This document shows, piece after piece, positions 43,108-56,900 of a stretch of DNA of 64,000 nucleotides (position 1 is the stretch's first letter; every line of letters starts with the position of its first letter). A program made the translations under genes and the position numbers. The stretch lies in the NCBI RefSeq assembly GCF_006345805.1, contig NC_043017.1, positions 5,270,001-5,334,000 on the forward strand, read 5' to 3'. The notes below the pieces were generated by a model. That model was not told the origin of the DNA. It ran no database searches and saw only the letters and a program-made list of their open reading frames with translations. Source of the DNA: Octopus sinensis. Its lineage: Eukaryota.

Positions 43108-43801
43108 GAGTGAGAGAGCAGTGCATGCCATCAAAGTGACACTGGGGTAAAATATACGAAGCCCAATATACCCATCATGACTAGCCGTCTGATAAGTGTA
43201 CACTAGGCACATGCATCACAACCATATGTGCGCGACATGGTGATCTCATATCAAGATAAACAGCGCATGACCTTTGAGGTGGGGCCCAGTTAGAATTTTC
43301 TTCTGGTCGAGTAATTTTCCCCCAAATTTGAGGTCTTATGCTTCCAGTACAAAAAGTTATTGAAGAGCTGGCAGAATTGTTAACATACCGGGTGAAATGC
43401 TTATCAGTATTTTGTCTGCTGCTACATTCTGAGTTCAAATTCTGCCGAGGTCAACTTTGCTTTTCATCCTTTCGGGGTCGATTAAATAAGTACCAGTTAC
43501 GCACTTGGGTTGATGTAATCGACTTAATCTCCTCCCACAAGCTGCCCTTGTGGCAAAAATTTGAAATCATTATTATTACCATTATTAAAGCAGTGAGCTG
43601 GTAGAACTGTTAACACACCAGGCAAACATGCATAGTGGTATTTCATCCATCTTTATGTTCTCAGTTCAAATTCCGCCGAGGTCGACTTTGCATTTCATCC
43701 TTTCAGGGGTCAATAAATTAAGTACCAGTTGAACACTGGGGTCGATGTAATCGACTCATCCCTTCCCCCAAAATTTCTGCCCTTGTGGCAAAATTTGAAA
43801 C

Positions 43802-43835
<34 letters not shown>

Positions 43836-44915
43836 TTTTTTTTTTTTTTTTAAATTGTTACATATTTTTGTTGTTATTTTTTACATGGACTTTTTTCAAA
43901 CGGACAAAACCCTTTGTAACTTTCGTCCTGTGTTTTGTCCCTTTATGTTTTAATTGATTTTTGTTAGCCCTTGTGGCCAATAAACGAATTAATTATTATT
44001 ATTATTATTATTATTATTTGGCTAGGTTCACTGTGAATAGTGTTACTGTTGGCAAACAGTTGAAAGAAAACCGAGCAGAATTACCCATGATTCGGGTACG
44101 GATCAAATACCAATCTGTACAGATTCTACCTCAAGAACTTTACAAAGACTTTACAGAGGTAAGAACCATTTCTTTGTTTCTTAAGTGGTTTTCATTCCAA
44201 AACTAGGTTTCCACATATCAACTATCACATGCATACACACACGCACACACATACACACACACATATATATATATATATAGGCGCATGGCTTAGTGGTTAA
44301 GGTGTTGCACTCACAATTGTGGGATTGTGGGTTCAATTCCCAGATTGCGTTGCGTTGCATTCTTGAGCAAGGCACTTCATTTCACGTTGCTCTACAATGA
44401 TTTTGACATCTGACCTGTGGCACCCAGTTGCACCTGTACAGGTAATGTCGATCTGATGGAGGGAGTGAGCTTATGTCTACACAAAACATTTGATCACTAT
44501 AAGCAGATCATCTGTGTGATTGTTCAGTAAGAAATTGTCAAACCGTCATACATCATCTAATGACAGGAGAGTCCATCATATATATATATATATGTAAAGG
44601 CGCATGGCTCAGTGGTTTGAGCGTCGAGCTTACGATCGTGAGGTTGTGAGTTCGAATCCCAGACCGGGCTGCGTGTTGTGTTCTTGAGCAAGACACTTTA
44701 TTTCACGTTGCTCCAGTTCACTCAGATGTAGAAATGAGTTGCGACATCACAGGTGCCAAGCTGTATCGGCCCCTTTGCCTTTCCCTTGGATAACACTGGT
44801 GGCATGGAGAGGGGAGGCCAGTATGCATGGGCGACTGCTGGTCTTCCATAAACAACCTTGCCAGGGAGGGTAACTTTCTAGGTGCAATCCCTTGGTCAGT
44901 CATGACCGAAGGGGG

Positions 44916-44996
<81 letters not shown>

Positions 44997-47900
44997 CATA
45001 CATATATATATATCGCATCATCATCATTTGTTGTCGATCGTTCATGCTGGCATGGGTCGGATGATTTGACCAAAGCTGGAAGCTGTACTATACTGACTTG
45101 GCATAGTTTCTATGGCTGGATGCCCTTCCTAATGCCAGCCTTTTTACAGAGAGTCCTTGGTGCTTTTATGTGGCACTGGCACAAGTACTTTTTACATGAT
45201 GTTGGCACAGGACTCTTGCTAGCCAATCCCCTTCACCCAGAGAGACCAGCCTTAACACTTCTGCTACGGAGTATGTGTCCTCTTGAGTACTGCAAGGCAC
45301 CAGGCATCTCGGTCTATTTTACTCATGTAGACCCCACCAATAATCTGATATGGGTCCTTGTTGAGAGCCACTGACCTAAACAGCGGAAGGATACATTGGC
45401 CAATGTAGCCTGCAAGACATATATAAAGAAATTAGTTGATAAGAGCCAGAATGTTCTTGGTCATGATCTGGTGAATCAAGGTTCACATGGGGTTAAACAC
45501 TGCACCAGCAACCACCTCCGCCCCACATCACAATTTTGTAATCGTTGTACCCTGATAACTGTTTACATGTCCTCATGCTTTTGTTTTTTGTTTTTTCCAG
45601 TATTTAACCAGTAATTATGTGAGCCTGTGTGAACATCTGGAACCGTTGGTGAGTGTGCGGGACAAGGAAGACATTGCTACATGTTTAGTACATGCCATGC
45701 AGCACTTGAATAAAGCAAAGAACTTCCTCTGTGATGTGGTCATGGCAGAAATATCTAGATTAGGTAAATATGTCATCTGTGTTTTCATCATCATCATCAT
45801 CATCATCATCGTCATCATTATCATCATCATTTTCATTGCTTTTAACGTCGACTTTTCTATGTAGTTGGGGTTGGAAGGAGTTTATTGAGACGGATTACTT
45901 TACAGCTGGGTGCTCTTCCTGTCACCAAACCTCACCTGTTTCCAACCAAGACAGAATCTCCCCATTACCAGACGTGCTCTGGCTGAATAGTAGAAATGAA
46001 TGACACCGCTTGTATGACAGGGAAACTCATTTACAACTAACATGCAGTTTCAAGACAAGATCACACAGACAAAAATACATTCATGCACACACACACACAC
46101 ACACATGTACATGCATGCAATGGGTTTCTTTCAGTTCAAATTCCACTGGGGTCAGCTTTGCCTTTCATTCTTACCAGGCAAGATTTGGGATTGATGTATT
46201 CTACCTCCTCCTCCTCCTCCTACCACAAATTTCAGGCCTTGTGCCTATTGTGGAAAAGATTATTATTATTGGTGGCAGAATCGTTAGCACACAGTGTGAA
46301 ATGCTTAGCGATAATTTGTCTGCCTTCACGTTGACTCTCTATATATATGGACACAGGCATGGTTATGTGGTAAGAAGCTTGCTTCCCAACCACATAGTTC
46401 TGGGTTCAGTCCCACTGCATGACACCTATTATAGCCTTAAGTTGACCAAAGTCTTATGAATGGATTTGGTAGACTAAAACCGTAAGAAGCTCATCATCAT
46501 CATCATCGTTTAACGTTTGCTTTCCATGCTAGCATGGGTTGGACGATTTTGACTGAGGGCTGGTGAACCAGATGGCTGCACCAGGCTCCAATCTTGATCT
46601 GGCAGAGTTTCTACAGCTGGATGCCCTTCCTAATACTAACCACTCCGAGAGTGTAGTGGGTGCTTTTTACATGCCACCGGCACGGGGGCCAGTCAGGCGG
46701 TACTGGTAATGAGTTCATATACACGTATATATATACACACACACACACATACGCACGCACACATTTCCATGCGTGTGTGTCTTTGCATCTGTGTTTGCCT
46801 ATCACCACTCCTTGACAACCTGTGTTGGTGTGTTTACATTGCTGTAACTTGGTGGTTTGGCAAAAGGGACTGATAAAATAAGTACCAGGCTTTAAAAAAC
46901 ATGTCCTGGGGTCGATTCATTCAGCTAAAATTTCGCCAAGGCAGTGGCCCCAGCATGGCCACAGTCTAATAACTGAAGCAAATAAAAGTTAAATGATTTA
47001 TCTATTGTCTGTTTGTCTCTTACCCAATTTAATTCCTTCATTTGCAGACAATGAACATCTGACATTTCGAGGCAACAGTATTGCAACAAAAGCAATGGAA
47101 GCCTACATGAAATTGGTTGGTGAAAATGTAAGTAAGACTTTTAATGAGTTTATATCATTATCACCGTTATCATTGTCACTTCATTAAATCTTTAGCATTT
47201 AAAATGGCTCTATCTTACTAAAGTTAAATGATTTTTCTATTGTCTATGTTTGTCTTACCCAATATAATTCCAAGAGAATACCCTCCATCAGGCATTTGCC
47301 ATATTCTGAATGCCTTACTTCCCTGGGCATGGATACATTGAAACTCCAATGTTTTGCAGCTGACTTGGCAGACACCCATAAAATTATTAACCATCTTACC
47401 AACAATAACTCTGAGCACCTTTTCTAACTCCACCTGTCTAACACCCGTGGACATGTTTACAAAGTCAGAAAACAGCACAGCTCTCATGACTTTTGGAAAC
47501 ATTTCTTCACGCTAAGAGTTGCTGAAGCATGGAACAAACTGCTGGCATCAGTTGTTAGTTGTCGGAGCACTGTATCCTTCAAAACTTCCATGCTTCCTGA
47601 GATTTGCCAACACTACCCCTGATTTTCTCCCCTCCATACACACGCAAGCATCTGTCTGACTCATATACTGCTCACTTCTTTCACTTTCTGTCTACCAAAT
47701 CCACTAACAAGGCTTTATAGTAGGTTATAGTAGAAGACACTTGCCCAAGGTGCCATGCAGTGGAACTGAACCCGGAACCATGTGGTTGGTAAGTAAGCTA
47801 CTTACCACGCAGCCACTCCTACGCCTACAAAGAATTACCATTTTTTTTCTCTATTTTGTAACTTTGTATGTTCAAATTATGAGATATTTCTTTCATTTAT

Positions 47901-49274
47901 GTAAAGCTATAGAATCTGAGTTCAAATCAAATAAAATCCTGTTTGCTTAAATTTTTTTTTTTTTTTTAATATCTTTTCCAATAGTATTTACAAGTGACAT
48001 TGAGAGAATTTGTTATGGAAATCATTGAGCTGTCGGAAGACTATGAGGTCGACCCAACCAAGCTTTCCAATAATGCAGCTCTCCAACGAAACCAAGCCAA
48101 CCTAAAGAAACTCTGCGAACAAGCTTGGAATAAAATTTCAAATTCTAGGCGTTATTTTCCTGGGTATGTATTAACTTTCTGTGTATTTTATTTTATTTCC
48201 ATATATACATGCATTATATATTGTAGTTGTGGCCATGCTGGTGTTACATAACTGGCACCTGTGCTGGTGGCACATAAAAGGCACCCACTACACTCTTGGA
48301 GTGATTGGCTTTAGGAAGGGCATCCAGCCGTAGAAACCATGCCAAATCAGATTGGAACCTGGTGCAGCTCCTCAGTTTACCAGTTTTCAGTCAAACTGTC
48401 CAACCCATGCCAGCATGGACAACGGACATTGAATGATGATGATGATATATATATATATATATATACAAACATACACACACACACACACATAGGTATGGCC
48501 TGGCTGTGTGATATGAAGCTTGTTTCCCAACCACATGGTTCCAGGTTCAGTCCCACTGTGTGGAATCTCCTCTACTATATAGCCTTTGTCTGACCAAAGT
48601 CTTGCGAGTTGATATGGTAGAACTGGTAAACCGGAGAGCTGCGCCAGGTTCCAGTCTGGTTTGGCTTGGTTTCTATGGCTGGATGCCCTTCCTGATGCCA
48701 ACCACTCCAAGAGTGTAATAAGTGCCTTTTACATGACCCCCAATAACGGTCACAACTACGATTTCACAGGTGCCATTTACATGATCCTGTCGAGGGTCAG
48801 TAGACATTAAATGATTATGATGATGTTTTTAGTCATTTTTATTTTGGTTTTTTTGTTCTTTTTCTTAATACAGTGAACTTCGAGAAGTGTTTGCAGGTTT
48901 CCGAGAAAACTGCCGTGTAAACGAGAAGGAAGACCTTAGTGATAACTTAATCAGTGCATCAATATTTTTGAGATTCTTGTGTCCAGCAATTCTTTCTCCT
49001 AGTCTTTTCAAACTGATTCAAGGTAAAAGAAAAAAAAAAAGAAAAGAATTACTATTTTTCTCTTCATAGTCTTTGTCACTTTTATTCACAGACATGGTTG
49101 TGTGGTTAGGAAGCTTGCTTCTCAAGCACATAGTTTTCGGTTCAATCTCAATGTGTGGCACCTTGAGGAAGTGTCTTACTTAGTAAGGGGGTTAAAATAA
49201 CAGGATGGACTTAATGCTCAGATTAAACACTCACTCACTCACATGCGCAGACACACAAACATTTCATTTCTAGT

Positions 49275-49305
<31 letters not shown>

Positions 49306-49985
49306 TAACACCATCATTATATATATATATATATATAAAATATAAATTAGGGATAAAACCACTATTAGGCAACTCAAACAATGATAGACATAAACCAATA
49401 CATAAATAACAAATAATATATATATATATAATGTTTTTTTTTTATATAATATATAACTTATAACTAGATCTCAAAAAGTATAAAAAGTATGATAAATATA
49501 ATATAATAAGTAAAAACACTACGTACGTTTCATGGCTAGAATTAAATTTGAATTATAATTAAGTTTAAATTCAATTGAAATAAATTCGAATTAAAATTAT
49601 AGTCCATCTTCAAGTTAATGATAATAGTTAAATAATTAAATAAATAAGCAAATAGAGTTAAACAATATTTATTTAAGATATATATATATATATATATATA
49701 TCATGACTAATCCAGTGCTGTCTGACTGGCACCTGTGCCGGTGGCATGTAAAAAAGCACCATTCAAGTGTGGTCAATGCCGGTACTGCCTGACTGGCTCC
49801 AGTGCCAGTAACATGTAAAAAGTACCAATTGCACTCTCGGAGTGGTTGCCATTAGGAAGGGCATCCAGCTGTAGAAACTCTGCCAGATCAGATTGGAGCC
49901 TGGTGTAGCCTCCAGGCTTGCCAGTCCTCAGTGAAATCATCTAACCCATGCCAGCATAGAAAGCAGACATTAAATGATGATAATA

Positions 49986-50033
<48 letters not shown>

Positions 50034-50935
50034 TTATCATCATCATCATCATCATTTAATGCCTGTTGTCCATGCTAGTATGGGTTGGATGGTTTAACCA
50101 GGGCTGGCAAGCTGATTTGGCATGGTTTCTATAGTTAGGTGCCATTCCTAACGCCAACCACTCTGAGAATGTAATGGGTGCTTTTATGTGCCACTGGCAC
50201 GAGTGCCATTTGCATGACACTGGTATCTGCCTCGACTGTAGTTTTGCTTGATGGGTCTTCTTCTCAAGCACAACATAATGCCAAAGGTCTTGGTCACTGC
50301 CTCCACTCGAGGACCAACACTCAAAAGGAACTCAGCCACTTTGCCTCCGTGAGGCTCAAAAGGTGCTTCAAAGGTGTCAGTCATTGCCTCCATGAGGCCC
50401 ATTGCTCAAAAGGTGCTTCAAAGGTGTCAGTCATTGCCTCCATGAGGCCCATTGCTCAAAAGGTGCTTCAAAGGTGTCAGTCATTGCCTCCATGAGGCCC
50501 ATTGCTCAAAAGGTGCTTCAAAGGTGTCAGTCATTGCCTCCGTGAGGCCCAACACCAACAATTTGATTTTACATTCTACATAAATACTCTGTACTTGATT
50601 TTTAGTTGTATACACACGCATATGTTGATTTCTTGTCATATACACACCCACACTCTCATTTCTAGTTGTATATTATACATATTTGTTTCACTCTATTATA
50701 CACATCCACACCCTGGTGTATAGTTGTATACACACCCACACATTAATTTCTTGTTGTATACACCCATGCATTAGTTTCACACTAGTACACACCTTCTGAT
50801 ACTAGTTTTTCAATGTTTCTACACCTATATACCCCAGTTGTATACACTTCATGCACTGATTCCTTGTTGCATAATTGTATATATACCCATAAACTGATTT
50901 CAAGCTGTATACACAACAACACACAAATATCCTCT

Positions 50936-50987
<52 letters not shown>

Positions 50988-53900
50988 TATATATATATAC
51001 ATATATATACATATAAATATACACACACACATATATATATATATATCCTCATACACTGTTTTCTAGTTAAACACACCTCACTAAACTAAATTCTAGTTGT
51101 ATACACATCTACACCTGAACTTCTAGTTCAGGTGTGACCTACCTTTTTCAAAAAGTGGGCCGCATGAGTCTTGGTTCATCATCAGGTGGGCTGCACTACT
51201 AAAACATTTTAAGATAGTTCTTCAATGGCGTGCCATTCAGACAGTTCTGTGGACGACATCTTGGTCACGACTGGTCTAGTTATATACACACCTACACGTT
51301 AATTTCTAGTTCTGTACACACATTCACATATGAAGTAATCTTGATCTCCAACTTACCATGATAGATGTGTTAGGGCACAGAGTTATTTACCTTGAGTATG
51401 TGAAGGGGCATGGCTCAGTTGTTAGAGTGTCAGGCTCACAATTATGAGGTAGTGAGTTCAATTTCTGGATCGGGCTGTGTGTTGTGTTCTTGAGCGAGAC
51501 ACTTTATTTCACGTTGTTCCAGTTCACTCAGCTGTAGAAATGAGTTGCAACATCACTGGTGCCAAGCTGTATCGGCTCCTTTGCCTTTCCCTTGGATGAG
51601 ATCGGTGGTGGGGAGAGAAGAGGCTGGTATGCATGGGAGACTTCTGGTCTTCAATAAACAACCTTGACCAAACTTGTGCCTCGGATGGGAACTTTCTAGG
51701 TGCAATCTCATGATCATTCATGACCAAAGGGAAACCTTACCTTGAGACAATCTCCCATAAGGAGTCGTGGTGCATAAAAGCACGCATAATTATATCATTC
51801 ACTGATGAGAATTGCTTGCTATAAAAACCAGAAACGAAAGTAAATAACGTGATATTCTGTATTCTTACACAACCTCCATGTTAAGTTGGATATCCAAATT
51901 ACCTTTTTGTATTAATATTTCTTCTGTCGTTATCAATTATTCTAATCTCTGTTTTCCATCATCCTTCTCTTGTAGAATACCCGTCAGACAAAGCTGTCAG
52001 GACATTAACTTTAATAGCGAAAGCCATTCAAAAGCTGGCGAATTTCACACAGTAAGTGAAGTTTCTTTTGTCAGGCTCATACTTTTCCATTGTATTTTAT
52101 TGAGATTAAATTATATTTAATATCAAAGTTTACCTTAATAGGTACATGTGTGGTTAAGAGGTTTGGTTCCCAACTACATGGTTCTGGGTTCAGTCCCACT
52201 GCATCAGTGCATCTGCCTGTCTGTCTGTCTGTATGTCTGTCCTGTCTCCTGATGAACCTAGCTGATTGATTGAATGATTAACTGAAAGATTAAATAAACA
52301 ATCAATTAGTTAATCAGTTAAACTGATTGACTAATAATAATAATAATAATAATAATAATAAGAAGTGAAATGGAACCAGTGTGTGTGTGTTATTGGCATG
52401 ATGACCCTCCCAAGATACAAGAATCCTGCAAGCCAAACACCAAAAGGAAAATTTGGTACTTCTGCAAGGAATGTCTTGTGTATTGCTTTATTTATTTATT
52501 TATTCTCTTTTAGATTTGGTGGTAAAGAAGAATTCATGATCTTTATGAATGATTTTGTAGAAGAAGAATTTGAAAATATGAAACAGTTTCTAAAAGATAT
52601 TTCTGTAAGTCTTGTTTTCTTATTTGTTTATTTACTTATTTTTTCGCATTTGAGCTTCTCTGAAAGAAATGTGTTCTATGTTGCCGTTTAACCCTAGCCC
52701 AACCTTAATTGAGAAAGCCTATAATATGATGCAGTTTGGCAAAAGAGACCAATTGAATAGGTACCATCATCTTCATCGTCATCACCGCCTTCCATGGTGG
52801 CATGGGTCAGATGGTTTGACCGGAGCTGGTCAGGCAGGGGCCTGCACCAGACTTCTGTGTCTGTTTTGGAGGGGTTTTTATGGCTGGATGCCCTCCCTAA
52901 TGCCAACCACCCAGCAGAGTGGACTGAGTGATTTTTATGTGGCACCAGCACAGGTGAGGTCAGTTTTGGTATGGTTTTATACAGCTGGATGCCCTTCCAA
53001 AAATGCCAACCACTTTACAGTGTAGACTGGATGCTTTTTACATGACATCACCAGGTTTTTAAAAAAAAAATGGGTAACTGGTTGATTTATTCAACTGGAA
53101 CTTCTTCATGGCTGTAGTCTAATGACTGGAACAAGTAAAAGAAAAATGGTAAACAATAGCCTCAAGAGAATTTTAAAGATAGAATTCCTCTGATACATTT
53201 TCACATTACCAGTGTATTACTGGTACTTGTGTTATTGACAACAGAAGGATGGAAAGCTCAGTTTCTCTTGGCGGATTTGAACTCAGAGCATGTAAAAGGC
53301 ACCTGTGCTGGTGACACACAAGAGGCACTCATGCCGGTGACACATAAGAGGCATGTGTGCCAGTGACACATAAGAATCACTTGTGCCAGTGACACATAAA
53401 AGAGCACCTGTGCCTGTGACATGCAAGAGACACTCATGCTGGGGACAGGTAAGAGGCACGTGTGCCGGTGAAACATAAAGGGCACCTATGCTTGTGACAT
53501 GTAAATGTCACTCTGTGAAGTGGTCGGCATTCGGAAGGGCATCTGACCATAGAATCCAGGCCAAAACAGGAGACTGGTGCCTGGTGATGCAGATCTCTGG
53601 CTTACCAGTTCCGGTCAAACTGTCTAATCCATGCCAGGATGGAAACCAGGTGTTAAATGATGATGAAGATTCACACTAGTACTGTACCTTTTAATCTGAT
53701 CTGATTCCACACCATTTCTTTATTGTAGAACCTATTGAAGCTTGTATTATTTCTCATACCGTTTCTTTGCTTCATATTTAAGCGGATTATCATCTTTAAT
53801 TACTGTATTATTTATCCATTTACTTTATCTTTTTCAGAGTGAAGATGTTGGTAATGAATTCCTAAAGAACCAGCATGCTGTTATAGATTTTGGCAAAGAA

Positions 53901-56900
53901 CTCTCTGTTCTACATTCTCTTCTTGTAGAAACATTAGGAAAAGCTAATGAGGCAAGTAATATACATATATACAACTTCCGCCACCCAGGGAGAAAAACTC
54001 GAAGTAGTTGATAGCTTCCGTTACCTAGGTGACCAAGTCAGTAGCGGGGGTGGGTACTCTGAAAGTTTTGCTGCTAGAATAGGAATAGCCTGGGCAAAGT
54101 TCAGAGAGCTCCTACCTCTGCTGGTGACAAAGGGCCTCTTGCTCAGAGTAAAAGGTAGACTGTATGACGCATGTGTACAAACAGCCATGCTACATGGCAG
54201 TGAAACATGGTCTGTGACTGCTGAGGACATACGTAAGCTTGCAAGGAACACAGCCAGTATGCTCCGCTGGATGTGTAATGTCAGTGTGCATACTCGACAG
54301 AGTGTAAGTATCTTAAGAGAAAAGTTGGACATAAGAAGCATCAGATGTGGTGTTCAAGAGAGATGACTGCGCTGGTATGGTCATGTGGTGAGAATAGATG
54401 AGGATAGCTGTGTGAAAAAGTGCCAAACCCTAGCAGTTGAGGGAACCTGTAGAAGAGGTAGACCCAGGAAGACCTGGGATGAAGTGGTGAAGCAAGATCT
54501 TCGAACATTAGGCCTCACTGAGGCAATAACTAGTGACTGAGACCTTTGGAGATATGCTGTGATTGAGAAGACCCGGCAAGCCAAGCGAGACCATAACCTG
54601 TGGCCTATGCCAGTGGTGTAACCAGCCCACTTATGCATATCTTTCCTTCATTGGACACTAAACTCTGCTTGCGAAAACTTGTTGAGGCATGTGGCATGTA
54701 AAAAACACCATTTGAGTGTGATCGTTGCCAGTACTGCCTGACTGGCCCTCATGTCAGTGGCACATAAAAGCACCCACTACACTCTTGAAGTGGTTGGCGT
54801 TAGGAAGGGCATCCAGCTGTAGAAACTCTGCCGGATCAGATTGGTGCCTGGTGCAGCCATCTGGATCACCAGTCCTCAGTCAAGCTGTCCAACCCATGCC
54901 AGCATGGAAAGCGGAAAAAAAATTGTGAAAATATTTTGTGTATCATAGAAATAAAACCAACTTATTGTACATAAATTTTAACAACAAAATCTTATATGGA
55001 CCCCTGTGGACCCCAGTTGAGAACCACTGATCTACTTAATGTCTACATTCACAGCTTGTCCATCTAACCTACTTTCACAGCCTGTATCCAATGACCACAA
55101 GCTGTGTCTGTTCAACATTCATGTGCACAGCTTGTCCATCTTATTGTCCACATTTGAATACAGTATGTGAAAAGGATTTTTTTAAAGCAATCATAGCTTA
55201 ATTAAATAATATGTTAATTAACATGCAATGTCAAAGTTCATTGTCTCTTAATATTGACCACCTTACTCTTGAGTCATGTTTTAATTTTTTACTTTTATTT
55301 TAAAAAGTCCGTTAAAAATTTAATTAAAGATTTCATTAGATTTAAAACTATTTTTTTAAAGATAATGTAGAAATGTTTTATTTTACAATTTCAGTGAAAT
55401 TTTCATTTATCTTTCATCTCAGTTTCTTTTTTCTAATTAGATATTTGCAATTCTTGAAATACCTTTGAGAAATAATTATAAACAGACACAAACACGCATA
55501 CACATAGAATTCAACATTGTTAATTTGATTTCTAATTAGGAAGATGGTTGATTAAGATTTTAATATGACTCGCTTTGAAAATTAATTTTAATAATAATTA
55601 TTATTTTCTTTTCTTTAGGCTACAATAACAAAACTGCATCCATTGCCTGATATTCTCAATGGACTCACCCAGGCCTTAAACGATCCCAAGATTGGGAAAA
55701 AACAACCCAACCGGAAGAGCCAGATTTACGACAATTTGGCCACGACACCAAACAGCAACCCTTCGGTGAGCTCGTTAGTTCAGCTGTCTAAGTCAACTTT
55801 ACACATGGACAACAATCACACAATAAACATGGATGACAGTATGAATTCAGACAACGGTGGAATCACTCAACAGACATCAGGCACATGGAAACGTACTAAC
55901 GAAGCAAATATGTGCAGTGCATTTAACGATATTTCTGTGACGCGAGATATTTCCGATGTATCAGTCAGCAAACACACTAACAATAATAAAGACTCCTTAA
56001 AACAATGGTGGAACGATATTCTAACGACAGCAGAAGCTGTTAATGGTTATGATAACAGAATTAGTTTCATAGATGACCCGAGCGATGCGCCATACGAGAC
56101 GGCGCTTGCAGACAAAACCAACTCAGATCTTCAACATCGCAGCCATACCAGTAATTCTCTTGCAGCTTCTTCCCAACGATCTACTAGTCAAAATTCTTTC
56201 ATGTCCTCTTCAGGTTATCAACCAACGGTGTACAGCCCCTCAACCTTGTCCATGGAACTACCACTGGCATCTCAAGAACAATTCAGCGGCTCAACGTTAC
56301 CTGCTCAGTTTTCTAGTTTGGGTTCCACGTCATTCGCTGCTCAACATTCCTCCATCCAGCAACCACTTTCCTTTTCTAATCCCTTGTATAAACACCAACG
56401 GAACTCTCAGTCCGTAATGCCATCTTCTTCAATATCCGTTTCAGGAAATGCTTTATCCACAATGGAAGGCGCTGGTGCTGTAAGTGGTACTTCATCTCCA
56501 ATGGTACACAGTAGCTTGAAGATTCCTCAGACCTCAAGTTCAAGTTCTTTAAGCAGTACGGATGACTCAGGCACATTACCATTTGTCAGTGTAAACACAC
56601 AAGTGCACCAGACTCGCAGCCCAATGCGGAATCTACCAATTACGGCAATAACGACTTTAGATTCCGCTCGCAAAATAACGGATCCCATTCAAAAATTCTC
56701 TCAGCTTTCCAGTTCTAGCTCAAGTAGTGAGTCACTTTGTGATCGACGCAGCTTAGTACACTCCACCCCCATGCAAACGGACATTGATAATTTACAGCAT
56801 GGCCCCGCCTTGCAGCGGATTAACCCTTTATATGGACACTGCAGCCCAAAACCGAGCCTAAAGTCAGTGACTTTACGCTCACACAACCAACCAGGAAACA

